Source of the DNA: Lingula anatina
Taxonomy: Eukaryota; Animalia; Brachiopoda
NCBI GenBank assembly: GCA_051362555.1
Contig: CM120640.1
Coordinates: 57,886,788-57,950,787 of the forward strand
Direction of reading: 5' to 3'
DNA length: 64,000 bases
Positions 50,886 to 64,000 of this stretch are shown here, in pieces (the first letter of the stretch is position 1; each line of letters opens with the position of its first letter). Made by a program: the position numbers and the translations under genes. A model generated the notes under the pieces. That model did not search any database and was not told the DNA's origin. It saw nothing but the letters and a program-made list of their open reading frames with translations.

Positions 50886-53800
50886 CTAAAATTTCTCCCC
50901 ATGCACATGCCTCATGTGTTCTGCAAACCTGAAGATATAAAGATATTCCTTTATAATTTAAATTTTAAATTAATAGTTTTATATCTCTGACCTAAAATCA
51001 TTTCTTGGTTAAAGCTATTTTTATGTAATTTAACTTAAAATGTCATTACATTATATTAAAACTTTTATTGTCATACAAAGAAGAAAAGAGATATAAGAGA
51101 ATTGTCAAAACCAATTTAATAATCCCAAAACATATCCTTACTTTTGATGACACTCAAATGATGTGTCTCTATTAAGTGTCTGGGTATAGGCAAGTTTGTA
51201 TAGCACCTGAATAGCAAAAATGTAAGAAATAGGTCAAAAGAATATAGCAGAGCAATATAATAACCATGTGTTTCTTCTCAGATGTAAATATCAAAATTTA
51301 ATGAGATAAAGATATAATTGTGTGACTGGCTCAGTCAGTACATACCAAGAACACCAGGCAATGCAGGATGAGCAAATAGAAAAAAGTTACTCCTCTTGCA
51401 ATCTTGTTTCCCATGATCATGCGACCCTAGCAAATTGAGAGAAACAAAGTTACACCATATAGTGTATAGTTATTTGAAGTGAAGCTTTTCACCCTTAAGT
51501 TTAATTTCATTTTTACATTCAAACTCAATATTTGATCCATCGGAGGACTACTGGATCTTGTTCTTAACTTACCAGACTCAGAGTAATCTTGTCATGGGGT
51601 TTCAGATTCATGTACTTCCTGGCTTTTTCCTACAATTATATCAGTGGCATTTCAATGAAAAACTGGTATTGTGATCAATTCAGATTTTTTAAATCATTCT
51701 TTATGTCAATTTTGAGTCAATAATAGTACAGTAAGTTTTAACTGAGGGTGGAGAATTAAGGACTTTCAAGTTTGTTTGAAACTTTTTTATCAGAGCTGAT
51801 CATCATAAGATCTGATTAAAATTTGTTCAATTAAATATCCAATTTTAAATTAGGTTAAAAACAACCTAAAACCATCTTCTTCAAAAACCATAGACATAAA
51901 ATCAGTTTACCTTTCTGCTGAAGGATGAAAAGGGATCCAACCTTTCCTCATATTGTGAGGAATACCTGCTCTCAGTGCCATCATCAGCAGCACCACTACC
52001 CTGGGTAAAATATACATTTATCTTATAGTATTTCCCATATTTTTTTTAAAAAAATTCTATACTACCAATTTATCATTTGCCATCAAAATCTTAACTTAAA
52101 ACATTTATTATTATCTTTCCACTCTGTAAATTATCTGAAGCAAGTTGCTTTCCATATATCAAATTCCTTAACATGCACTAAATTTGGTTACAGTGAATTT
52201 ACTATAACTATTATGCAACTTATACAGGGTCTCACTTAACCCTCAATATGCTAATACAACAGTGAACTAACTGCTAAATGTATCACCTTGTGGGGGTAGC
52301 TCTGTAGAAATTTGATCTTCTCATACAGTTTGACGTTGTCAGATCTCAACTTATCCATCTCATTCTGTACCAGCTGGATCTGTTTCTGCTGACTCAAGTT
52401 TTCCTGGAAAGACGTTCCCAAAACTGTGTATAACAATCACTGGTAAAAAACTTCCTTACATCTAGCTGAAAGGTTATTTTTCACACTTCAGCAGCCAAGC
52501 CCACAATAAAAAGAAAATTAGTTAATAAAAAAGACTGTAGTTCACAGTAGGAAGGGTTTCATTAAAGTTTCTTATAGTTCGCAAATCCATCTACATCTAC
52601 TATTCCATCTTATTCTTTATTTCGAATGTAACAATCAAAACACAACAGAAACAAAAAAGAGCAGCTCAGAGACAAAAACACTGCCAAAAAATACAATGTA
52701 TCATTTAGCACTTAGAAGCAAGTGATGCTGTCTTACAGCCTCCAGTTCCTGTGCCCTCAGCCTGAACCTCTCCCTCTGACTTTGGATGATAGGCAGCAGG
52801 GAGTCCGCAGCACCTGCCAAGGCAGGGTTGGCTAGAGTGGGACACAAAAAATTAAGAATTATCACTAACTATAAATCAACCTATTTAATCAATTTCACAT
52901 TATCTTTATTGCAATTAAAATAACTCATCCACATATTTTACAAAATATATATCACAGTACATGCACTACAATAGTTGCAGATTATTAACTTGAATCTATA
53001 GCTCCTTTTATACAAATGAAATATAGTGTTACGAAATACCTGTATCTATGAAAGAATCTTTGACTGCCTCTGCTACTGCCTCTATGTTGGAATGTTGAGA
53101 TGGCTCACCCTACAAAATAGAGAACTACATGAAAAGAATGGCATTGTATAAAATATGTATGTCCAATAAATAAATCAATTTGAATCATAATGCATGTACT
53201 TGTCTGGGAGATAAAGACTGCATAATTACAGTAAGATTACTTCATGTTTAAGGATTAAAAAGAGGGATGTATAAACAATACATTCAGTTTTGCAACAATG
53301 ATTATGTTGTCAATTTGAACCAGTGAGAAAAAAATCTATTGTTGCATCCTGTTGTTCTTGGGCCATTGGCAATTGTCAGATTTGTTGTAATTTCAGTAGT
53401 ACTATATTTAGTACTGACTATTTTAGGTCTTTCAAAAACACATGTAATATACCAATAAATATGAAGATGTTCTGGTTACCTCTCCCTCTCCTCTGAACAT
53501 TGATGATAATGCATTGACCTTCCTCAGATCTTCCTCAAGTTGTGAGATGAGTTGCTTCTGCTCCTGCACTGTGGTCACAGCCTCATTGTACTGGTCCTGA
53601 AGCTGGCTGTAACGACCTGAACATTGCAAAATGGATTTTACTACAACAATAGCTATATTTCAATTATACTTTTTTCCCATAAATGTCCTGTGGTCATAGG
53701 CTCAATGTGCCTGTGGTCTAGTATTGTAATATAGATTTGATTACAGTTCTAATGAGAACCATGAATTCACGCAGACAGAAAAAATGAAATGTTGGGCATG

Positions 53801-56800
53801 ATTGGGAAAAGGCTGAGAGGATTTGTATAATCTTGCAGCTTAATATCAATAATGGAATCAGGCGCTGACTTCAAAATAAAACATCTTTTGGTGTTGAAAC
53901 TTTTGGTTCATTTCTTGTTTTTAATTATTGAAGTATTGCCAAAAACATCCATTTGTATGTACTTCTCAAAAGTCAAATAAGTTGCACAGGAAAAGACCAG
54001 GTGAACATGGACATGACCATGCCTGTTTGAAATCAATGTTTCTCATGGGAGTTAACAGCAGCAAGCACAAGGGTGTAGACCAAAGTTGGGGCCCAGTATC
54101 CATTAAGGGTTGACAGTCCCACCTCTCATCAATTACAATGGACAATGTGACAGGAAAATGTGCACAACTTTGTCATTATCAACTCCACTGGCTGGTACCA
54201 AGGACTGATTGAACTTGGGGAGATACTTGTAATACAGTACATGCTAGTAATTCTAATAAATTATATGTTGTAACAGAGGTTATAGTGTCAAAAGGTGAAA
54301 AAAACAATAGTGTTTGATATAGCTACATGACTTTTCTGTCCTGTAACAGATTCTCTGCAGACACGGGTGAATGGATGAATTCATGAAACACAAAAAGGTT
54401 TTGTTCTGAGCTTTTACTAATATTCAAATGGGTTTTCTGGTATGTGTGTGTGTGTCAGTAATATTTTATTCCACCATAAATTGTTTGTTTTATAAAATGT
54501 AGACATGTAAGACTCAAATTGAAATTTTAAGTTTTATTTATGTAATATGTCTATTTACTGTTCCCCAAATGCATACTTTAAATGTTTGAGTAAATTTAAA
54601 TAGTTTAATATTTTAAAAGGATAATATATAAAAATTATCACCCAACAACTGATAATGAATATGACAAAAACCAGTTCATTAGTACAAATAATTTTATTAT
54701 CTAAGCATTTTGGTCACATTTACATTAGTCCAAGTGGCCTACTACTATTGTTGTCTATCACTATAAATTATGTAAAGTTATGAATCTCTTGCATATGTGT
54801 ATAACTAAATTGCACTATAGTATTATTCCACTTCCATTTGACTCGCATACAAATGATAAAAAAAGTCCCACAATGCACGTAGTACTTGGGCAAGAAAAAT
54901 AAAATATTGCAACATCAAAAATGACTAGTATTTTGTGACCTTCAGGTCTGTTGAAATAGCACGGACTTATATAACTTAAACAAAACAAAACTGAACCTAT
55001 TTTACAGCACAAAACCCATGCCATAGGAAAACTATTATTGCATCTGAACATAAAGCAAGGATGTGTGACTTACATGAACTAGTGACACACTGAGAAAAGG
55101 ATTGCAAAAGATACAACATGCACCATTAATTTTGGATATCTAAATCCATATTGATATTTAAAAAATTAGAATATACAATTCTCATATCTTGGCATAAATT
55201 TTACTATTCATTCAGCATGTCTAGCACATGTAACTTATTCATATTACTACCACATAATCTAGAAAAGCTTAAATAAACTAAGGCTGCATTCAGAACAGCA
55301 GACTAACTAGTCCGTGGGCCAAATATGGCGACCGACAAAAAAGTTTGACATCTAATCTTCTAATAGACACTGTATAGGTTCCCCATGGGGAAGCATTCAA
55401 GTGGGTCGGCCATATTTGACCCGTGGACTAGTCAGTCCGCTGTTCTAAATGCGGCCTAAGAAACAAAGATAAAAAGACACTGCATCTGGAATGAAATGTG
55501 TGCAAGATGTCAGGAATAAAAGAATCATCTTCAGGTGGGTAGATTCGTCATTTGTAAACTTTGGCTAAAATGTTCATGTTTGCACCAATTCAATTACAGA
55601 AAGAGTTGTGTCACTGGTAAAATGATTAGTGTAGCAAGGGAAAACTTGTCAGTTTTCCTTCAGTTTCTCATAAAGCAGCAAGTAGCAACCAAGAAATTCT
55701 GAGGCACCAAATTCAGGAAAAATCACTTTTTCCACCATAAATTATATTTTAAAATAACACCCGCAGGCTAAAGCATTTTGAATTTTTTTGATTAGAAAAA
55801 AATGTGGTTTGTGAAGATATGCATGTTCATTACAAAGAACACTCTCAAAGACTGCTTTCAACATGATGGCAACTTTCTGTACTGGAATATTTACCCTGGC
55901 ACCACCACACATCAAAAAATAATAAAGCACTGTTTCCATAAATGAGATCAGATCCACTTCCAAATCTTTGTCTATTTAAAATGCCTCAATGGTCAACTCA
56001 CAAATACAATCTTTCTTCACAATAATTGTGATAACAATTTGAAAACACATACAAATTTGCACTTCACATCTTACTGACATCACATTACATGACACAGTTT
56101 AGCACCTATACTATAAGAAGTAGTGACTTAATGAGCCAATAGCACAACATAAATGTATGCTTAATATAATATTTGCTTAAATGAAGTATTGCAGGTCATT
56201 ATTTACAAATAACCCTTTCACCATTTCATAAGAAAAAAGTATGTACAGACGTAGAATGTGTAAATGTTCATACAAAATTACAAAATAGTTTTGTTGGACA
56301 AAAATATTAGATGTAATATAATCGTTGACAAGTGGGCATAGTCTGCTTTTTCATTTACATTGCACAGTAAGTAACAGGCCATTACATTCACTAGAGGTCT
56401 GTTGATATTCAGATCTTTTTCATGAAAAAAAAAATGAACACATCTTAAAAATAGACAATTTACAAGTTTGTCCTGTGATCGGAGGGTGAAACTTCACTCC
56501 CCAGCATGGCATTAAAAGCTGTGTCCTTGCTGTTTGGAAGGAAGAGGCATTAACACTTCATATTTTGCACTTTTTTGGCAATTTAAAAAATTCATATTTT
56601 AGAACAGGTCACCATCTAGTAACATTCTAAAAGACATTCTTGCAAATAGTCTCTATTATGACTTTGAACATATGATGTAAAGAAGAATATTGAGTTTACA
56701 ATAATAAAAATAAGCACAGAATACATATTTATATGAATCCAATGGAATAATCTTTGAACACTACCATTTAGATTTTTAAATCTCAATTTATTTGACTTGC

Positions 56801-59800
56801 ACCATGAAAAATACATAGTTTATCACTTAGAATTCCCATTCTTCTTCCTGTGGGGGGTCTTTTTCCAGATTTTTCTCCAGTTTCTCAATGCTTTCTTTTC
56901 TATCCACTTCTTCCCAGTCCAAGTCAGAGGATTCTATTTTCTTTTTAATCAGCTGAATCTTTTCCAATCTTTTTATTTTCTCTTCCTCTGTTTCACCAGG
57001 CAGACTATTCTTATTGTTATTCCTTTCCTGGATATCATTTGACATCTGTTCAGATTCATCTGTGGCATCCAACTCTACAACTTTATCCTTGTCACTCTCT
57101 ACCTGTTTGTCTACAGTTTTATCCAACTGAACTCCTTGATAAGCTCTCTGTGGGTTAGAAGACTTGCGTTTATTCACAGAGGGCCTTGCAGTTTGACTAT
57201 TTTCATTCGGTGAGGCTTCTCGACGGGGTCTGTTATTACCCTGCTCTAAGGCCACATCTCCCTGTTCAGAAACACTCCCGACATCATCAGAATTTGCTTC
57301 AGAATTGGGAGTACGGCAATTGTCAGAGGCTCCTACAGGTTCAAATGCTGGGAAGAGCCACTGTGAGGTCTCTCTACTACTGTTGTTGTTGTACTGGATT
57401 TGGCTATTGCTGTTATTGCTCGCATCACTCAGATTGGAAGCCTCATCTGTCAACTCTGTCTTCACATGCTGATAAGACAACTGTGGTGTGTTACGAGATG
57501 GAGGCCGCTGTTGCTTGGCACGCATGCGGTGGTTGTGAAACCAATTGATAATAGTCTTTGAGTGCACATTCAATTCCTGTGCAAGGAATTCAATGGTGTT
57601 CTGGTTTGGGTAAGGATCCTGGGCATAGGCTACTTTCAGTGCTTCTTTCTGTTCATCAGAAAAGAAAACTCTTGGTTTCTTGCCACTGGTGTTGCAGCCA
57701 GTTGAGCCTGTTGAGCCCTCTGAATGGCGGTCAGCCTCATTGCTTCCCTTACGCTTTCTGCTTGCTGAAATAGAATTCAAACCCATTTTATATTTCAAAT
57801 CTGATAAACAGTACAAGCAAAAATAATCCATGTGACAGATATATTTATATACCATGGTTTTGTTGCCTAATTTTTATATATAAGTCCTCATGGGAAAAAT
57901 TCAAAATGATCTTCAACATGCAGTTTTTCTTTTGTTTCATATCCCCTATGTTGTTTGCTTGCTTAGATCCCTACACCTTCCATCATTTCCATAAGACCAT
58001 CCAATCTATCATTTCTAGAAACCTGTGCTTTCAAGATGCACCATTTCAGTCCCATCTCTCACCTCTGATTTCATTCTGATAGATTCTAAGCCTCTCCACA
58101 CCCTGTGGATCATTCAACCACATCTGCATCTTTATAAATGGCTCTCTCCCCTTTAAACTCAACATATGCCAGGGCTTCGGCTTGGACAACAGCTCACTCA
58201 CCGACCCCTGAGACAGCCCCAAGATGGCCTCCCCAAACAATTTCTGACCCAAATTATGAAAGAGGAGAACCTCTTTGATTTTACTGGTGACAGCTAAGGT
58301 GTCCAGTTCTGTGGTCATAGCAGCAATCTCATACACTGAGGGCTGGTGCCCAGACTTGACCATGGGGCTTGAAGTGAGAGAGGCACGGTGTGCTTCAGGA
58401 ACTTTGGAGGAAGGGATGATGGGGTTGCTAGGGGGGAGAGGTGTGTGAGCTGGTGGTGGTTGCTGACTGTTGGTGGTGTGGCTAAAGGCCTCTGTAAACA
58501 ACCAAAATAAAACAACTCAAAAGATGGAAAAAAATACCCCCACGCTTGAAGAAGAAAACTAAAATACTTAAACAATATATATCCCTTATCAGCAAAAGAA
58601 AGAAAGAAGACAGTTCTAATAAAAGATTTTTTTCAAAGTCAATGAAAACAAGACATCATCTTGTAATCTGAATACATATCCCTTAAAGAATTAAATGAGG
58701 CAGTACTTAATCATCACAACTTAGAAAACCTTGTAAAACCATAAAGAACAACGACAATAAAATATGGAAAAAAAAATTTAAAACAAGTAGTAGTAATAGT
58801 AAAGTAGTAGTAATAATATGATAGTAGAGTAGCAGAAGCTAAAGAAACAACAACACCAACAGCAGTAACCACCAGCACCGATCACAGACAGATGGACAGT
58901 GAGTATAGTCATGGGCCTGCCTAACCATGCACAGAGAGTGAGAGAGAGAGAGAGATGGCCATTCCATTTAGTACAAGCTTTATAGTGACATTATCTAAAG
59001 CTGGACTTGTGCCAGAGTTAGTAGTAAGTGCTACATTCCTATCACTTTCCAGGTATTTTATTCCCTTGTTAAACCCTTGCACACACTATGTTAGTACATA
59101 ATTCCAATATCAACAAACATGGAAAACAACACAGCCAATGCATGTAGCATACATATAATACCAGCAGTATATAGGAAGTAACCAAAGATACCTCTTCCAA
59201 AATGCTAATATTAAGTTAGTAAAATACATGGTTAGTGCATAGCACAAATTCTGTTTAAAGATAACTTAGTGGTGTTAGAATAAAATGTGTTATCAACTAG
59301 TTATACCTGACATAATTACCTGGCGCATTTGGAGGATAAGGTCCATAAGAGCCATGAGTTCTCATCAGCTTCTCTGGAGCAATCTTGTATTGGTTAGCCA
59401 CCAAGCGTGGAATGGATTCCTTGTCTTTCAGGAAGATCTGCATGCGAATGAATGGTTCCCGTCCTTTCTGTGTCAGCATGTGCCAAGGTTTTGGGCGTGC
59501 CAGGAGATCACTCACACTCCCTTGGGACAGCCCCAAGACATTCTCACCAAACAGTCTTTGGCTAATGGAAAATTGACTAAGGGAGTCCTTTACCTTTTTG
59601 ACTAGCTCGTCAGTATTGAGATTGGAGTATTTATCGAATTCTTCTTGTGTAATTGGTGGTAAAACAGGCCTCAGTGGCTTCTGAGGTAAATTGTGAGCTT
59701 GAGCATTCAGTGACAAAGAATTTGCAATACTTTGCATCCTCTGTAATGGCGACATAGCATCTGTATTATATGATGCAGGATCATAGGAATTTGACCTTGG

Positions 59801-62800
59801 TCGCACAAGGAAAAATGCACTACCTGCATGGCGCATGTTTTCTTCAGAAGAAGAATTTGGACTATTGTCACTTTGGTCTTTCATTGACATATTCAGTGCC
59901 TGCTCCTGTCCATCATCTTCCATAGGCTCGGCCTTCACTTTGATTGACAGGTTATCAGGAGAATCCCCATTGCCCTCCCCCTGCCTCTTCTGTGCATTCT
60001 GGGCCAGCCTGGAGAGTTCCTGCTGATACATAGTGCACTCAGCTATATTACCTGCCCTTTGAGCTGCATAGGCCAGTTTTGCAAGTTCCTCCTGATAAAT
60101 CCGGGTGACTATCTCTTGTGAGATTGACATATCTCTCTCCATCTGTTCCCTGCTTTTACTGCGAGGAGATTTAGGGCTCTCTCTGCCCTGCCCCTGGGCC
60201 ATGCGTGCCAGCTCCTGCTGGTATATACTTTGCACCATGGCATTGGTAATCTGAGCCTGAAAAGGGAACTACTCAAGGTTAGAGTGTGTTGAGCAAGCTA
60301 CTTGAAACTTCTCAAAAATTTACATAGGACTTCAAATTTCATTGTTTCAAATTTAGAGGGGAAAAAAAAGCAAAAAAATTCAGATCTCTAGAAAGTTAGG
60401 ATCACTTGCACCATATTATCAACTGACTTTCAACTGAGGGGACCTCCCATATCCCCATATGAAACTCTATCCATCAGAGCATACATTGTCAAACCGACAG
60501 TTCATCACAATTTCAACTCTCGGGTTTATTCTTAACTCCGTCAATCAAATAACTTAGTAAGTACCTGCTCTGCTGCCTGTTTACTTTGCATAGCTTGTTG
60601 AGCTTCAGATAAAATCTTGGAGATTTTTTCCTCAGTTGCTGCATCATCCACTTTGGAGCTGGACATAAGTGGCTGGCCACCTATAAAAAGAATCACAGAT
60701 AAGATTTGTTTGATATTTGTTTGATATTTGTTTGTTTGATAACAAATCTAGGCTAATGCTGAATCATTAAAAAGGTTACTTAACTTTTTTTTATCTTACT
60801 TTTTCTTACAACAAGAAGTGTTCAGAGTTCCCTGAGCTAGTTGACATAACAAAGATGAGTGACTTACTTTCTCACATAAAACGACACTCACTGCATGCGA
60901 TAAAATTCTATATGACAACTGTTCATTAAAATGCCATATCAAAGTACAAATGACATGAATTTCACTGCAAACAGAAATGAAAAAAAAAATTACAGCACTG
61001 ATTTTAACAGTCTACTTACAACACACATCAACTACATAACTTAAATTTTAACAACGAAAAAATAAAGGAAAGAAAGAAAAGATACATTCCACTTACAATT
61101 CTTACCTTTCTTCGGTGATATGGCTTTGAGTGCATAGACGTTCCTCTCATCACTTGCCCATGCAGACATCTTGCGGTAGGACTCTCTTCCTTTCTCTGTT
61201 AGCTTATCCCAGTGCTTGGGCTTTGACAACAGCTCACTGACAGTTCCTTGTGACAGCCCTAACACATGCTTGGCAAATAGTCTCTGGCCTATATTATGAC
61301 TGCTCAAAATCTCACGGATTCTCAAAGCAACTTCAGCAGTGTCCAGAGAACTGCTATTATTTATGTCAATTTGCTGCCTTGAGTTAAACTTGTAACCGAC
61401 TATACCATTGAGTAGTAACTCTTGAGGAATAGGTCCATTTGGGCGAGCAGAGCCAGGAGATGTTGTGGGTCCGTTAGCAGCGTGCCCATTCTCTACATTA
61501 ATATCACCATTCACGGGTGGTGAATTTCTTGCTGAAGATGACGCGGGGGATTCTGGATTAACTGATGCAGTCTCGCCTTGGGATTCAGAACCTCCTTTGC
61601 AATAAGAAGCAGCAATTTCTTGCCCAATGATTGATGCAAAAGCTTCAGTTGTGGATAGGGGTGGGGTTGAGGTTCCTGCAAGAAAGGTGTATAAAATGCA
61701 CTATGGTTCAAACTTTCTGTTAAAAAATCTAAACTTTAGCTGCTTCTTTCTAATAGAATATGATATGAATTTTCAAAGAGTATACTTTGTTTAGTTTGCT
61801 GGAGAGTAAATTTGACATCTTTCCCTATGACAAGCATGTTCCAACCAGCTTCAATTTTGGTATGAAAGAAGCAACCTATGAAAATGTACAAAGCTTTCAC
61901 AACATCCAGGATACAAAATTTGGGAAGGCATTTTTACACCTTTCTTGAGAAACATAAATTGGGGGTACAAAATCAACAAGAATCAATACAATCAAGATTT
62001 GATAAACAAAACAAGCATAACACACTACATGTGAATTGAATGAGATGCAAAACAAAACAAGCACAGTTGAAAGATTTTGTTTAAAATAGAAAAGCACTAA
62101 GTAGTCCACAAAGATCAATTTCTAAACAAGAATTAGAGGATTCTTAATAAATGGTAAGTTTCTTTGGACTTGAATTAAAAAAAGGTTCATGTTTCCACAC
62201 ATTTGTGGTTTGTTTTCTGCAGGAAGTAAAACCACATTCTGAGTTTCTTTATCAACTGATAAAGGTTGTCATGAAGAGAAAAAGATGTCAAACCCTAAAC
62301 TTTGTAACTAGTTGGTGAAGCACTCAAAAAGTAAAAGTGAAGTTACGTATTAAGTGGTACTACACTGAATGCTGTCAATAATCATCAATGAGCTGCCAGA
62401 GATTAATTTTTTAAAGAAAATCCATCATGTCTTTAATCAAATGGAGACAGAAATGATATTTACATAAATAACATAAGAGGTCAAAAAGAAATTATTCAAA
62501 TAGGAATTATATGAAAAAATATGATTCATAAATGAAAACAAAATGGGGATGACAGCATTAAGTGTTAAATTAAAGGCAATGGAAAACACAATGATTCTGT
62601 AAAATACTCTTACCTGTTAAATCATTGGCTGCCATCTTCATCTGAGTGTTTTCTGTTTGTAAAGCTCTGTTTTTTTCCAGAAGTAACATCTCTAACGACT
62701 TAGGTTTTGCCTGCTCACCACTGCTGGCAGCACTTTCCTCACCCATGTTGGAAAATTCAATTGATTTCAGTATTCTGGAAAAAAATAGATTTTAAACAAA

Positions 62801-64000
62801 ACTAAGACCCCATTCCCAGAGATTAGATCGATCCAACTAGATCGACCTAACTCCCTGGAGTTTACTCTAAATAGCTGTCAGCCGAGCAGGCACGAAAGTT
62901 AATTACCCCCTTACAGCTTGTAGTAGGCGGAACAGACATTTAAGCCGGAATATCTGACAGTAATCTAGTGAGACTCCCCATGGGGATAGATCGATCTAAA
63001 ATCTATGGGAATGTGCCTTAAAACTATGAATTTACTATCATTCCATGTTACACATACTTTTTCACCAGGCAAACATCCCCTATTATTGAATGAAGGCAGA
63101 GCTCCAATTTTTTCTCACTAGTTTTTACCCCAATAGGACATATGATTTATAAATACAATAAAGAAAGAAATGTTACAAGTTCATAAATCATACGTCTGTA
63201 ATTAATTTAATCATTTTTGCTACGTTTGTTTTCATTCTTATGAGTGAATCACTACTTCCTATAAAGAGTCAAATACTTCAATTCATCATAAAGGTATTTG
63301 CTTTAAATTTCATTTTACCCCAATTCTCTCTTGATCTCCTCATAATCCTCTTGAGATTTCATTTTCTCCTCCAAGGTTTTGAAGGCTCTGTTCTTTGCTG
63401 ACAATTCTTCTTCAAGCTTAGCAATCTGAAAATATGTTAATTACTTAATACTTGATCGTTTTCAACAGGTGAGAGAACACTTAATGATGCTTACTAAGTT
63501 GTGGCAAAAAAAAATTAATTAACATTCCAACTTCAATTTATCAAGATAGAAAAATTATCATTTTATATACCTGAGTACTGGTTGAATCTCTCAGTTTGGT
63601 CAAATTATTCTGCAGTCTCTGCACATCTTCCACCAACTGGGAAATCTGGAACCATAACACAACCAGGCTGATATTCAGTTTTTTGGACTAGGGTGGATCA
63701 AGAAAAGTATACTCCTCCCAACACCCTTCCTCCCACTTTTTCACATCTTGAAATACCCTTCAACTTGTAAATGAGTGACTATTTTAATCAAATTTATGAT
63801 GCCTTTTATATAAAATAATTGACACACAGTTATAAAGGTGATATTCTTTGCATATGTAAAAACAGAAAAAACCTTCTTACCTCCTTTTCCTTGGCTGCCA
63901 ATTCAACTTCCAAGCTGGATCTCTTCAATATGTCAATGGCTTGCTCCATGTCAGGTGCCTGCTGCATCTGCTCTGCATGCTGGAGATTTTGGGTGGCAGA
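50886..64000 (-). CDS. CASP: CASP (Golgi coiled-coil, tail-anchored golgin), alternative isoform of the CUX1 locus; 5' end outside the window
   Basis: Shared exons 64000-63881, 63645-63571, 63425-63319, 62774-62614 splice in phase to 53616-53480, 53109-53040, 52831-52737, 52403-52287, 52000-51911, 51629-51573, 51426-51346, 51206-51142, 50928-50886. Motifs [47 protein letters not shown], and [18 protein letters not shown] with the conserved Tyr and His. Confidence 0.93.
55282..55456. mobile_element. PIF/Harbinger (Tourist-like) MITE
   Basis: TAA-GGCTGCATTCAGAACAGCAGACTAACTAGTCCG...GGACTAGTCAGTCCGCTGTTCTAAATGCGGCC-TAA: a ~50-bp imperfect TIR with a TAA TSD. Confidence 0.85.
56827..64000 (-). 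CDS. CUX1: Homeobox protein cut-like (CUX; three CUT domains plus homeodomain), 3' part
   Basis: Shared exons to 62614, then 61675-61106 (CUT1), 60680-60565, 60256-59320 (CUT2), 58491-58063 (CUT3), 57764-56827 (homeodomain KKPRVFF...WFHNHRMR with the CUX-type His50; C-terminal EWEF). All junction phases are consistent. Confidence 0.96.
62806..63017. mobile_element. MITE with ~28-bp imperfect TIRs in a CUX1/CASP intron
   Basis: GACCCCATTCCCAGAGATTAGATCGATC ... GATCGATCTAAAATCTATGGGAATGTGCC, flanked by TAA/TTA. Superfamily (Harbinger vs TA-TSD type) is ambiguous. Confidence 0.7.

Noticed and set aside
57186-60026. Plus-strand ORFs overlapping CUX exons
   Set aside because: Antisense shadow frames of coding exons with no independent features.

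Overview
AT-rich, intron-containing animal DNA, most consistent with a lophotrochozoan (mollusc/annelid-like) invertebrate; the species cannot be determined from sequence alone. I reconstructed exons by hand using GT-AG boundaries and phase checks. In order, the window holds: the 3' part of RAD1 (+); a two-exon rhodopsin-class orphan GPCR with a signal peptide (-); a C1GALT1-like GT31 galactosyltransferase (-); a 9-exon HSD17B14-like SDR (-); two tandem 4-exon zinc-dependent (MDR, bacterial Tdh-type) threonine-dehydrogenase-like genes (+); two divergently oriented orphan ORFs with intronless CDS (~401 and 440 aa) that share collinear short motifs; a 7-exon secreted chlorophyllase-like hydrolase (-); an SH2B/Lnk adaptor (+); and the 3' part of the CUX1/CASP locus (-) with both alternative terminal exon sets. 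Introns and intergenic DNA carry MITEs (Kolobok-, Harbinger-, Tc1/mariner- and Helentron-like), LINE relics and microsatellites. The most notable items are the bacterial-type Tdh pair with an apparent gene-conversion tract, the animal chlorophyllase-like gene, and the orphan pair. No CRISPR array, rRNA or tRNA was recognised.
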